Source: Octopus vulgaris (Eukaryota). From it: a stretch of DNA of 64,000 nucleotides. The DNA is taken from the NCBI GenBank assembly GCA_951406725.2, contig OX597822.1:34720001-34784000 (forward strand), written 5' to 3'. Positions 15,033 through 27,811 of this stretch are shown in pieces. Every line of letters begins with the position of its first letter. Within the stretch, counting starts at the first letter, position 1. A program made the translations under genes and the position numbers. Under the pieces are notes generated by a model. The model did no database searches, had not been told where the DNA came from, and worked only from the letters and a program-made list of their open reading frames with translations.

Positions 15033-15083
15033 AGCTTCTACAGGACTAGTACTGTTTCATTCAAGAGAAATCTTCAGGAAGCT
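15033..15083 (-). ncRNA. Type I hammerhead ribozyme (H4 copy 1)
   Basis: agcttc-CTGAAGA-tTTC(tctt)GAAt-GAA-ACAG(tactagtc)CTGT-A-gaagct; 6-bp stem I, 4-bp stem III, GUA site; stem II is weak. Confidence 0.75.
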
Positions 15084-15462
15084 ATTTAACAAGAATTGTA
15101 TTAGCATTTATACATTTAGGCAGGTTTAAAGGAGTGGTGGTGGGGGACTTTTTTGGGGGTAGGCATAGCGCAAAATATCATACTTGGGGGAGTGGTCAAG
15201 GAGTCAGTGGTAAGTTAGATGAAAGAATAGATAAATAAAAAAAAAAATAAATAAAAAAATAAAAAAGTAAAAAAAAATAAAAAAATAAATAAATAAATAA
15301 ATAAAAAATATATATAAAAAAAAAATATATATATATATATATATAAAAAAATATATATATATAAAAAAAAAAAAAAAAAGGGGGGATAGAGTTATAGGTA
15401 AATAAGGAGATTCTCACTTATACCTATACACATATGTATACGTATCTACACATATATATATA

Positions 15463-15496
<34 letters not shown>

Positions 15497-15579
15497 GGTC
15501 CCGGGTTGATTCGGGGTTAACCACAGTAAGTAAGGTACTCAATACATAGCAGAGTAAAATTAATTTATTATATAGAAGG

Positions 15580-15630
15580 AGCTTCTACAGGACTAGTACT
15601 ATTTCATTCAAGAGAAATCTTCAGGAAGCT
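15580..15630 (-). ncRNA. Type I hammerhead ribozyme (H4 copy 2)
   Basis: As copy 1; one C>U change in stem III keeps a U-G wobble pair. Confidence 0.7.
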
Positions 15631-15993
15631 ATTTAACAAGAATTGTATTAGCATTTATACATTTAGGCAGGTTTAAAGGAGTGGTGGTGGGGGACTTTTT
15701 TGGGGGTAGGCATAGCGCAAAATATCATACTTGGGGGAGTGGTCAAGGAGTCAGTGGTAAGTTAGATGAAAGAATAGATAAATAAAAAAAAAAAATAATA
15801 AAAAAAAATAAAATAAAAAAAAAAAAAAAAAAATTAAATTTAAAAAAAAAATAAAAAATAAAAAAATATATATAAAAAATATATATATAAAAAAAGGGGG
15901 GATAGAGTTATAGGTAAATAAGGAGATTCTCACTTATACCTATACACATATGTATACGTATCTACACACATATACATACACACACATATACAT

Positions 15994-16044
<51 letters not shown>

Positions 16045-16339
16045 TACACACACATATACATACATATCTACATACACACATACATACACCCGCCCACATA
16101 TACAAATTTATACACATGCACATGCATATACCTGTCTACACATACACACACGTATATATGCATACACTCACTCCCATGCATGCACGCATACACACATGTA
16201 TATATATACACACGACCACGCATACATATACACAGAAAAATATATATTCATACGCACATACACTCATGCACACACAACACACCTAGTTCCCTATATACAC
16301 ATATTTACACCTATATATACATACACCCACATACACATA

Positions 16340-16379
<40 letters not shown>

Positions 16380-16409
16380 CACGCATACATATATATGTGT
16401 GTGTGTGTA

Positions 16410-16440
<31 letters not shown>

Positions 16441-16766
16441 GTATATTTATTGGTGTATATGTATAGACTAGCCTCCTAAAGTGTAGACACGAATCTGTAG
16501 GTACGAGTACGTATGTGTATATACGTGAACGTATGTAGATGTTTGTATGTATGAATATAACGCGTGCGTACGTGTATGTGTATGAGTGTACGAATGGGTG
16601 AATGTACGTGCTAATGAGTGTGCGTGCGGGAATGAGTACTTGCCTTCTAGTAGACAGACAAATGGACATGCTGCCATAGCCAGGACCCTTAGCTCTAGCG
16701 ATCAAAGATAACAAAAGTAATAAATGAAGATAATAAAATTAAAATTAGGGAATGGGCCTGTAGTGG

Positions 16767-16811
<45 letters not shown>

Positions 16812-17239
16812 GTGTATCTGTAGGTATGTATAGGTACACATGTGTATGTGTATGTGTATGTATGTGTGTATATGTATGTATGTGCACACATGTATATATA
16901 TGTATGCGTGTATATGTATATATATATATATATATATATGTACATATGTGTATGTGGGTGTATGTATATATAGGTGTAAATATGTGTATATAGGGAACTA
17001 GGTGTGTTGTGTGTGCATGAGTGTATGTGCGTATGAATATATATTTTTCTGTGTATATGTATGCGTGGTCGTGTGTATATATATACATGTGTGTATGCGT
17101 GCATGCATGGGAGTGAGTGTATGCATATATACGTGTGTGTATGTGTAGACAGGTATATGCATGTGCATGTGTATAAATTTGTATATGTGGGCGGGTGTAT
17201 GTATGTGTGTATGTAGATATGTATGTATATGTGTGTGTA

Positions 17240-17289
<50 letters not shown>

Positions 17290-17650
17290 GGTGTGTATGT
17301 ATATGTGTGTAGATACGTATACATATGTGTATAGGTATAAGTGAGAATCTCCTTATTTACCTATAACTCTATCCCCCTTTTTTTATATATATATTTTTTA
17401 TATATATATTTTTTATATATATTTTTTATTTTTTTTTTTTTTTATTTTATTTTTTTATTTTTTTATTTTTATTTTTATTTTTAATTTTTTTTTTTTATTT
17501 ATCTATTCTTTCATCTAACTTACCACTGACTCCTTGACCACTCCCCCAAGTATGATATTTTGCGCTATGCCTACCCCCCAAAAAAGTCCCCCACCACCAC
17601 TCCTTTAAACCTGCCTAAATGTATAAATGCTAATACAATTCTTGTTAAAT

Positions 17651-17701
17651 AGCTTCCTGAAGATTTCTCTTGAATGAAACAGTACTAGTCCTGTAGAAGC
17701 T
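17651..17701 (+). ncRNA. Type I hammerhead ribozyme (H4 copy 3)
   Basis: agcttcCTGAAGAtttctcttgaatGAAACAGtactagtcCTGTAgaagct; predicted cut after 17695; AATAAA just downstream. Confidence 0.75.
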
Positions 17702-17717
17702 CCTTCTATATAATAAA

Positions 17718-17760
<43 letters not shown>

Positions 17761-18284
17761 TATATACACATATACATACATATCTACATACACACATACA
17801 TACACCCGCCCACATATACAAATTTATACACATGCACATGCATATACCTGTCTACACATACACACACGTATATATGCATACACTCACTCCCATGCATGCA
17901 TGCATACACACATGTATATATATACACACGACCACACATACATATATACACAGAAAAATATATATTCATACGCACATACACTCATGCACACACAACACAC
18001 CTAGTTCCCTATATACACATATTTACACCTTTTATATATATATATATATATTTTTTTTTTATATATATATTTTATTTATTTATTTTATTTTTTTTTTTTA
18101 CTTTTTTATTTTTTTATTTTTTTATTTTTTTATTTATCTATTCTTTCATCTAACTTACCACTGACTCCTTGACCACTCCCCCAAGTATGATATTTTGCGC
18201 TATGCCTACCCCCAAAAAAGTCCCCCACCACCACTCCTTTAAACCTGCCTAAATGTATAAATGCTAATACAATTCTTGTTAAAT

Positions 18285-18335
18285 AGCTTCCTGAAGATTT
18301 CTCTTGAATGAAACAGTACTAGTCCTGTAGAAGCT
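18285..18335 (+). ncRNA. Type I hammerhead ribozyme (H4 copy 4)
   Basis: Identical to 17651-17701. Confidence 0.75.
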
Positions 18336-18346
18336 CCTTCTATATA

Positions 18347-18386
<40 letters not shown>

Positions 18387-18571
18387 CGACGGGCTTCTTT
18401 CAGTTGACGTCTATCAAATCCACTTACAAGTTTTTGGTCGGCCTGAGTCAAGAGTAGAAGACATTTGACCAAGATGCCATGCAGTGAGACTGAACCGAAA
18501 GCTACTTACCACATTGCCAATATATGTGTGCGTGCGTGCGCGCGTGTATAATCCAGGACTAGTTACTGTAA

Positions 18572-18880
18572 TAATCTAGGATTCAAAGGCCTACAGCTCT
18601 TCAATGCCCTGCCTCAAAAATTAAGGAATCTGCATAAGATGGAAGTTGATGTCTTCAAAAAGGAACTGGACACCTTTCCACAATATCAGATAAACCAACA
18701 GCCCACCATGAGGTGCAGACTAGAGCAGCAGAATCAAACTCCCTTAAACACTAAATGGGCCAACAGCTGGGACAAAGTCACATACAGGGATTTCCTCCCA
18801 GCTGGAGGAAATCAGAAAAGCCACTATGTTGCTCCAGCTTGACCGCAGCCGCAAGCTAAAATGAGTAGGAGAGTAAAAGA
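18572..18880 (+). pseudogene. Degenerate 3' end of a CR1/L2-group LINE
   Basis: LGFKGLQLFNALPQKLRNLHKMEVDVFKKELDTF is homologous to the ORF at 32737-33408; ends in a tail like the family C SINE tail. Confidence 0.75.
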
Positions 18881-18927
<47 letters not shown>

Positions 18928-19092
18928 GTAAAGTATAATAGCCATCTCAATATGGCTAACCACAAAGGGTGGGTGTTACTGAAGCTTTTAGCCCCGGGAG
19001 ATCATCGTTTCCAGCTGGCTTTAAGCACACTATCTGTGTCCTTATGGTATTTGCAAAGGGAGGTCATCCCTTTCTCGTAGGCCTAAGTGAAA

Positions 19093-19137
19093 TGCACGGA
19101 CCGCAGTTTCGAGGTATTTACCTCTTGTCAACGGGCG
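19093..19137 (-). ncRNA. Hammerhead ribozyme, U3-A8 variant
   Basis: cgcccg-TTGACAA-GAGGT(aaat)ACCTC-GAA-ACTGCGGT-C-cgtgca. Confidence 0.72.
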
Positions 19138-19450
19138 GTAATCACCGGTTTACGATGAAAAGGAAGACCTTGTATGCAAATACTTAAGTGTTTTTCCAGC
19201 AACTTCCGTCACTGATTTCGAAAAACTGTCCGCAAGCAATAATAAATCTTCAGTAACACCCACCCTTTGTGGTTAGCCATATTGAGATGGCTATTATACT
19301 TTACAATGTTGAGCGGTTACTGTTTACATCTCGTTCAGAGATTTATTATTGATTGCGGACAGTTTTTCGAAATCAGTGACGGAAGTTGCTGGAAAAACAC
19401 TTAAGTATTTGCATACAAGGTGTTCCATTTCATCGTAAACCGGTGATTAC

Positions 19451-19495
19451 CGCCCGTTGACAAGAGGCAACAACCTCGAAACTGCGGTCTGTGCG
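19451..19495 (+). ncRNA. Hammerhead ribozyme, U3-A8 variant
   Basis: cgcccg-TTGACAA-GAGG(caacaa)CCTC-GAA-ACTGCGGT-C-tgtgcg; GUC site, predicted cut after 19489. Confidence 0.72.
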
Positions 19496-19805
19496 TATCA
19501 CTTAGGCTTACGAGAAAGGGATGACTTCCCTTTGCAAATACTATAAGGACACAGATAGTGTGCCTAAAGCCAGCTGGAGACGATGATCTCCTGGGGCTAA
19601 AAGCTACAGTAACACCCACCCTTACTGGTTAGCCATATTGAGATGGCTATTATACTTTACGTTGTCGAGCGGTTACTGTTTACATCTCGTTCAGAGATTT
19701 ATTATTGCTTGCAGACAGTTTTTCGAAATCAGTGACGGAAGTTACTAGAAAGACCCATAAGTATTTGCAAACAGGTCTTCCTTTTCATCGTAAACCGGTG
19801 ATTAC

Positions 19806-19850
19806 CGCCCGTTGACAAGAGGCAACAACCTCGAAACTGCAGTCTGTGCG
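19806..19850 (+). ncRNA. Hammerhead ribozyme, U3-A8 variant
   Basis: As above, with a perfect palindrome ACTGCAGT in stem III; predicted cut after 19844. Confidence 0.72.
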
Positions 19851-20454
19851 TATCACTTAGGCTTACGAGAAAGGGATGACTTCCCTTTGCAAATACTATA
19901 AGGACACATATAGTGTGCCTAAAGCCAGCTGGAGACGATGATCTCCTGGGGCTAAAAGCTTCAGTAACACCCACCCTTTGTGGTTAGCCATATTGAGATG
20001 GCTAGTATACTTTACATTGTCGAGCGGTTACTGTTTACATCTCGTTCAAAGATTTATTATATATAACTTAATTGGAAGTGGATGCGGGGCGTTCGTTCAT
20101 AAAATAACAAAATAATAAATAAAACATACGCATATATACATACATATATGTACATACCCACATCTATATGTATATATACAAGCATATATGGGTACAGGAC
20201 ACCAAAAAAAACGTAGAACATAATGAGAAATGAAAACATTAAGACAAAACATGGAAACGGACTTTTTTCAAACAACGAAAAAACAGAGCACAAGACAAAC
20301 AACACAAGGAATATTTCCTTTCTTCAACTGCCCCTGTTTCGGCTACTCCGTGTTTCGAAGGTAAGGGCAAGACACGACTTCTTGAAACAATCCTTCCCGC
20401 AAAGCAAATTAAATAAAATTTGAGATTTTTGCGGAGGGGTAAAATCCCATATTT

Positions 20455-20930
20455 TAGAACTGGGGATTTTTCATTTATGAAGACGTATTCCTGTATTTGT
20501 CTGAGTGTTGGGCTCTTCGGGTGCTTGGATAAAATGCGGATATGAGTTGACCCACGTTGCCTGCATGTTTGTCTTTGGCATGTTGATAGAGTATGGAGGA
20601 TTGTTTTTTGTCGTCCCACTGTCTTAAATGTACATTCAGTCTTTCAGCAATGCTCCTAGATGTCTCACTTATGTGTATCATGTTCTTGTCTTTACAAGCA
20701 CCTTTTATGCACCTTATGCTGTAGGCTACATTTCTAGTTCTACAGCTACTACCAGGGTCAATCCTACATACCAGGCAGTTATCATTGGTGCATATGGTAT
20801 TCTCGAAGGGGTACGTCCTACATAGTTGTGATCTCAGATTTTGCAGTGGAAAAATGCACTATGTCTAAAGATAGGTAGAGTAAAATTACATCCATACTAC
20901 TCACTACACAAACTGTGAGGTTGTTAGTAT
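20455..20930 (-). pseudogene. Penelope-like element C-terminal GIY-YIG endonuclease remnant (Nematis/Neptune-like Cys linker)
   Basis: LRSQLCRTYPFENTICTNDNCLVC...CRTRNVAYSIRC...C...HISETSRSIAERLNVH...H...H, then a frameshift to PTLRQIQEYVFI; putative 3' UTR/pLTR at about 20065-20450. Confidence 0.8.
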
Positions 20931-21017
20931 GGTTGCAGCTACCGATTCTATATATATATATATATATATAGATAGATAGATATATATATATATGCATACA
21001 TACGTAGATATATAGAT

Positions 21018-21054
<37 letters not shown>

Positions 21055-21057
21055 CAT

Positions 21058-21197
21058 TCATACATACGTAGATATATAGCTATACATACACATATATATA
21101 TATACATTCATACATCGTACATATATAGACATACATACGTACATATGCAGACATACATACATACATATATAGACATACATACATAGATATACATACA

Positions 21198-21233
<36 letters not shown>

Positions 21234-21524
21234 TAGATATACATACATACATACATATATAGATATACATACATACATAGATATACATACATACATACAT
21301 ACATATATATATATATTCGTATATCTATATATGTACGTATGTATGTATATATACATATATATATACATATATAGATATATATATATATATACATATAAAG
21401 ATATATATGGATATACATATAGATATACATATAAATATATACATATATATATACATATACATATATGCATATATATATATATACATATATATATATACAT
21501 ATACATATATACATATATATATAC

Positions 21525-21555
<31 letters not shown>

Positions 21556-21776
21556 AATATATACATACATATATATACATATATACATACATATATACAT
21601 ATATATATATACATATATACATACATATATACATATATATATATATACATATATACATATATATATGCATTTATATATACATATATACATACATATATAC
21701 ATATATACATACATATATACATATATTTATATATATACATATATACATACATATATATATATACATATTTACATAC

Positions 21777-21807
<31 letters not shown>

Positions 21808-21852
21808 CATATATATATACATATATACATATATATATACATATATATGTAC

Positions 21853-21891
<39 letters not shown>

Positions 21892-21992
21892 TACATATAC
21901 ATATATACATATATACATAAATATATATATATACATATATACATAAATATATATATATACATATATACATATACATATATATATATATATAC

Positions 21993-22043
<51 letters not shown>

Positions 22044-22090
22044 TATATACATATATACATACATATATATACACATATATACATATATTC

Positions 22091-22134
<44 letters not shown>

Positions 22135-22177
22135 ATATATATGTATGTATATATATATATATATGTATGTATATATT
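21058..22177. repeat. 1.1-kb degenerate (TA)n/(CATA)n low-complexity tract
   Basis: Read directly; source of the long Y/I/M ORFs. Confidence 0.95.
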
Positions 22178-22922
22178 ACTCAACTATACACATGAATACA
22201 TACAGAAGGTGATGTATATGTTCATTATTGATACATGAAAAAAGATTGCATTCGATCCTTTCTATATGATGTCCACATTAAGGAATGCCTGTATAAGCAG
22301 GAGTACATTTTAGTCGATGTCGAGATGTGTATTTGAATGGCGTGGGAGCAATGGAAACGAATATAATAAGCATTTGTCTCTCCGTAGACCGAAAAGTAGA
22401 AGGGGGCTGAAAGTTGAATAGGATATCAGTTTACTTAACGTCAAGTACATCTAATCACACATCAGAGGGTTGCTTGAAAAAAAAGCTTGTACTGCTTATA
22501 AAACAGTATGGCGTATGGGCATTTGAAAATCGATATAGTCACACATACATAAATATAAATATAATATATATGTATATATATGATACATACACGCACATAC
22601 ACACGCGCACATACATACGCGCACACACACGCGCGCCCGCAAACACACACACGCGCGCGCACACACACACATATATATGCATTCGATGTCATCGAGTTTT
22701 ATGAATGAACCATTTATATTTGTTTACGTAAGTGTGTGTACATGTGCGTGTTTGCTTGTATTTAAAAATACGTATGAATACATGCTCATACACCCACACC
22801 CACGTGCGTACGTATGTATACGTGCGTGCGTGTGTGTGTGTGAATATAAATGTGTATATACTTATATGTATACGTATATCTATCTATCTAGCTAGCTAGC
22901 TCTCAATCTATCTGTCTATCCA

Positions 22923-23036
<114 letters not shown>

Positions 23037-23098
23037 TGTATTTATACAAGATAAAACTCACTTGGAAGTGTATGCGTGGCGTTCAAGTATATTAATAG

Positions 23099-23144
<46 letters not shown>

Positions 23145-24633
23145 TATGAAAGATGGTTTGAAAATGCAATTTTAAAATGTGTTTATTCACTTGACCGGCT
23201 TCACTTTTTTAGAAAAAGATTGCCAAATGTAAAACGTGAAAGGTTTGTAAAGGTCATATTTAGGTTTTATATATATGACATTTTGAACATATATACCACC
23301 AAAATATGACCTTTTTGATCTTATAATTTTCTGTGAATAAATATAGATGCTTCCATACAAACATGATTTTTAATGAAATCCCAATATTTTCAATGAGCTT
23401 TTTAATATTTTCTCAAGATAATTCCTTGTAAACTGTTTTAACACTTTTCTCATTATTATCAAAGAATGTATATATGTATTGTAATATTTTGTGACGACCA
23501 ATACTTAACACAACAAAGATTTTACAAAGCACCATGTGGGAACGGTATGATTGGTTGAATATCTGGAGTTCAAATAATCGTTGTTTAATTTTGACTTTTA
23601 GGGTTCAATCCTGACATGTAGCTTGATGAGAAAGAGAAAGAGAGAGAGAGAGAGAAGAATTGTTTGTGATACACAAATGCGCATACACACTCAAACACAT
23701 GTATATATACATATATACATTTTTACACACACACACACACATGCACACACAAATACATGTGGATTCTTCCGTCGGTTTTGACATATGAGTGTTGAACAGC
23801 TAATAGTATTTAGTTTCCGCACAGATGATATGTTTTCAACAGTAAGGGCTTGTATAGGATCAGCCACATTTCCGGAATTGCTGACGGAAAAATATCGGTG
23901 CAAATATTTGCCTCAAACTCAATGATCGATATAATTCAGGCTTTTCGTATTGGAATTTTCGCCTTCTAACTTAGATGCCGTCGCCACGGCTTACAATCCA
24001 ATTTACCATGTTATGCTAAATGCGCATCTGGGCATACCTACACACAAACACAGACACTCACACACAAACACACATATATATATATATATGTATACATACA
24101 TACATACATACATACATACATACATACATACATACATACATACACATGTGATGGTCTGCTGAAAAGTTGCTAGCTATCAGGGTATCGTGAAAAGCCTACC
24201 TGGAGGCCCAAGCTTACGAGTTCTTTTACGAAGAACTCAAAGACAGCCCAATAAGTGGGTGTATCTGAGAGGAATAGGTTGAATAAGTTCAAAAGTCAGA
24301 ACGCTGATGGATGTTCAAGGTAACGGATTCAGAATGTTTCATCGATGATTCATGCTGATGAATGTTGAGGCCCGAGGGATAGGATCCGAAACCATGGTAC
24401 ATGAATATCCGAATGACAATCTTTAATTGTATTACTATAATTGCTTAATTTGTTAACCGTTTGCTCGCATACAGTCCTCTCTGTCATATTTCGGTGAGTT
24501 CGTTGGTAGATTTGGAAATTTGACTCTTATTTCTAAACAGGTTGATGCCTTGTGCGTCCTTAAGCTTAGTGCTAATACTTAATTTTACATACATACACAT
24601 ATATATATTTGTATTTATGTGCCCATCTGATAT

Positions 24634-24692
24634 ATTCAACTGATGAAGACAGAGCTTATTTGAAGCAAAGTTAGAAATCCAGGATCTTGAAT
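24634..24692 (+). ncRNA. Type I hammerhead ribozyme, canonical core
   Basis: attcaa-CTGATGA-[gac..gctt(atttg)aagc..gtt]-GAA-ATCCAGGAT-C-ttgaat; perfect 6-bp stem I, AUC site. Confidence 0.65.
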
Positions 24693-24960
24693 TATTCGGT
24701 AATATCTTTTTGCTAGTCTATTTTGTCCCTCTGTCTTATCTCATGGTGCGATATGAACATTTAACTTGTTTTTTAGAGTCAGGGATTTGACTACTATTTC
24801 AGTATGGTGGTGTCTTTCAGACACCCTTACTTATAGTTGAAAAAAAATTATTACCTTTGTATGGTATTTTTTCCCATGCTGGCCACTTGATAATATCGAT
24901 ATTTAGATATCGATATTATCCTTATTTATAAACTTTTATATATACATAACATCAACGATG

Positions 24961-25015
<55 letters not shown>

Positions 25016-25654
25016 GTATTATTACGAAGTAGCATAGCATTACCTTTAATTCTGTTGATATATAAACAGCTTTACATAGACTTACACAGGTTTTAAATGC
25101 ACCGAGTAGTAACCGTTGCAATTACAATAATACCGTTATAATTCGTTATACGTAGGTGTAGCCTAAAACGTAATCCATATTGTGAGAGATAAACATCATT
25201 TATTATGCACAGTGTTTAAATTACAGCTACTAACGTTTGTTTAACTGGTTCTTATTTCTTCGACTATGAAAGGATGAAAGGCTAAGCCAACGACTGTATT
25301 AGTATTTGATCTTATGATGTAAAACCAGAAGAAATGAAACTAAGCGTTTTGACCGACGGGTTAAAGACTCTGCTAGATCGCCACAATATCAAGCTGGAGC
25401 TGTGGAATTTACTCGAAGCTAACATCTACAACTCTCTTATTATTTATATACTTAAAACTTAAGAGATCGTACTGAAAGTATTATTCCACCATAGAGCAAC
25501 ACGTAAATTGCAACAATATTATAGTAGTGTTATGCTAAGGTTATTCAGTAGACACATCAATTTCTCTTCAAACGTCATCATTATCATTAAAGGTTGTCAA
25601 ATGAAAAGTAACTATTATCATGGTTTATTAAATATGGATACAATAATTCTACAT

Positions 25655-25818
25655 AGGCGTAGGAGTGGCTGTGTGGTAAGTAGCTTGCTTACCAACCACA
25701 TGGTTCAAGGTTCAGTCCCACTGCGTGGCACTTTGGGTAAGTGTCTTCTACTATAGCCTCGGGCCGGCCAATGCCTTGTGAGTGGATTTGGTAGACGGAA
25801 ACTGAAAGAAGCCCGTCG

Positions 25819-25849
<31 letters not shown>

Positions 25850-26070
25850 GTACGTGTGTGTGTATATATATATATATGTGTGTTCGTGCGTGCGTTCCCC
25901 CCTCACACATACACACATAACATCGCTTGATAACTGATGGTGTTGTGTTTACCGATACAATAAGTTCTTGGCTCACAAAGAATAAGTCTTGGGGTCGATT
26001 AGCGCGACTAATGGCGGTGCTCCAGCATGGCCACAACCACATGACTGAAACAAGTAAAAGAGTAAAAGAG
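25655..26070 (+). mobile_element. Family C SINE, near full length
   Basis: A-box GTGGCTGTGTGG, B-box GGTTCAGTCCC, tail ...gaaacaagtaaaagagtaaaagag. Confidence 0.88.
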
Positions 26071-26419
26071 ATATATTACCGATACGCTAATCTAAATATA
26101 AAGCCCAGAACTATATGATACGGATATACTAAAACTAGAAATTGTGAGTCATAAACGAGGCTTTCGATATAAAAGTTTGCTGGAATAAGGAAAGCAAACT
26201 AACGATTCACAAATACAATAACTTGGATAACAAAATTCTCCTTAAATTTCATTAACTAGCGAACTAAATATGTTCTGGATTGATAGGCATTTACCGTTAA
26301 CTCATGTGATAAATTGACCCAAGAAAGAACACTGGCAAACATGTAGAGCGTTACGGATGTGCTCACTGTGTGACAAGAAGCGTTTTAATAATTATTTCAA
26401 ATTTAAGCTACAAGGGCAG

Positions 26420-27230
26420 CTCAGAGGAAGGGATTCAGTCGCTTACATCGACTCCAGTGCGTAACTGGTACCTATTTAATCGACGTCGTTATGATAAAAC
26501 GTAAAGTCAACCTCGGCGGAATTTGAACATAACATAAAGACGTGTGAAATACCTCTAAGCATTTCGCCCGGTGTGCTAACGATTCTGCCAGATCGCCGGC
26601 TTAAAAGACTTTATAATAATCCTTTCTACTGGAATCACAAGGCCTCAAATTTGGTGGAAGGGATTAAGTCGATTACATCAACTCCATTGGGTAAATGGTA
26701 CCTATTTAATCGATTCCGAAATGATAAAAAGTAAAGTCGACCTCGGTGGAATTTGAACTCAGAACGTGAGACAGCTCACCGCCTTAGAAGAGTTTATAAT
26801 AATGATGGCTTCAAAGTTTGACTGGAGGCAAAAAATTGCGAAGGGCGATGGTAGCCGATACCATTGTGTCCGTTGTATGAGTGATCCTGTATTTAATCGA
26901 CTCTGAAAGATGAAACGTAAATCTTACCGCGGTGAGATTTGAAATAAGAATTCAAAATCTTTGTGCAAATATCACAAAGTATTTTCTCCTACGCTTTCAC
27001 GATTTTTCCAGCACACTGTCTTGAAAAAAATCCTTTCTGTTATTCGTACAGTGACTGAAATTTTGCGGGAGGGGCCTGGTCGATTACTTCGACGTCAGTG
27101 CTCAAAAAACTACTACTTATTTAATCTACCCCAGATGCAAAGTCGAAGCAAAAGCAACAGAAGTAAAGACGGACGAAATGCTGCTAAGCATTTAGTCCGG
27201 CGTGCTAAAGATTCTGTCACCTCGACAACC
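26420..27230 (-). mobile_element. Run of old, degenerate family M SINE copies
   Basis: Repeated aaagtc(a/g)acctcgg(c/t)ggaatttgaac and taagcattt.gcccgg.gtgctaa motifs. Confidence 0.65.
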
Positions 27231-27537
27231 ACTGTCTTGAATTATAATAAAAGTTTTTGATTTAGGTACGAATTCAAAAGGAATCAGTCTATACCAATAA
27301 TAGCAGCACTTGACTAACACTGCACGTAATCGGTCCCGGAGGTACGAAAGGCAAAACTAATTTTGGTACGTGTGTGTATGTGTGTTTTGTTTGTGTGCGT
27401 ACGTGCGCGTATGCGTGTGTATGTCTGTGTGTTAGTTTGTGTGTGTGTGTATATGTGTTTGCTTGTTTGTGTGTGTGTATGTGTTTGAATTCCCGATCTA
27501 AGCATATATATACATTCACTTGAAAACATTCCTTATA

Positions 27538-27811
27538 TATTACGGAGATGTACTCGCATAGCAAGTGACCTGATCCGAGATCGTGTGCTGAAAAGAAAAC
27601 AATTGCAGCGTGGAAGGTGTTTATAAGCCATTTAAGAAACACACAAAATCCGTTAGATTCACTTCAACATTTAAATTTAATTTGTCAAAATATTTTCGTC
27701 GCTTCGAAACCACGACCTGTTCAACGACAAAATTAATTTTAAATGTTGAAGTGAATCTAACGGATTTTGTGTTTCTTAAATGGCTTATAAACACCTTCCG
27801 CGCTGCAATTG
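27538..27811. mobile_element. Fold-back HHR element, family E (decayed HHR on minus 27681-27731)
   Basis: Inverted arms at about 27600-27685 and 27725-27811; homologous to 31834-32122 and 63749-64000. Confidence 0.85.

Larger units (their letters stand above)
14947..18350. mobile_element. Composite non-autonomous HHR element (family H4): two minus-strand then two plus-strand copies, large inverted repeat
   Basis: 14947-15470 and 15495-16000 are direct repeats; about 15560-16392 is the reverse complement of about 16895-17722; 18030-18350 is a further plus copy; (TA)n flanks. Confidence 0.85.
18925..20060. mobile_element. Retrozyme-like array (family D): one inverted unit plus about 2.3 tandem 355-bp units
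   Basis: Minus unit 18925-19250; plus tandem 19248-20060 with period 355 (19451 to 19806); left flank (TA)n; no coding capacity. Confidence 0.88.

Noticed and set aside
19583-19650. SECIS-like ATGA-N12-AAA spacing, and box C/D-like words in the 46416 relative
   Set aside because: The AAA closes a short hairpin, no GA quartet with a proper helix II forms in both subfamilies, and box D is not conserved.
18925-20060. CRISPR-like repeat array, here or at 47720-48000
   Set aside because: Whole units repeat with no unique spacers, there are no cas genes, and the context is eukaryotic.
21080-22212. Long ORFs (up to 322 aa) of Y/I/M/C/T/H, here and throughout the window
   Set aside because: Translations of (TA)n, (CA)n and (CATA)n repeats that simply lack stop codons.
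24889-24920. 14-bp-arm palindrome gataatatcgatat/atatcgatattatc
   Set aside because: Single AT-rich instance with no further context.
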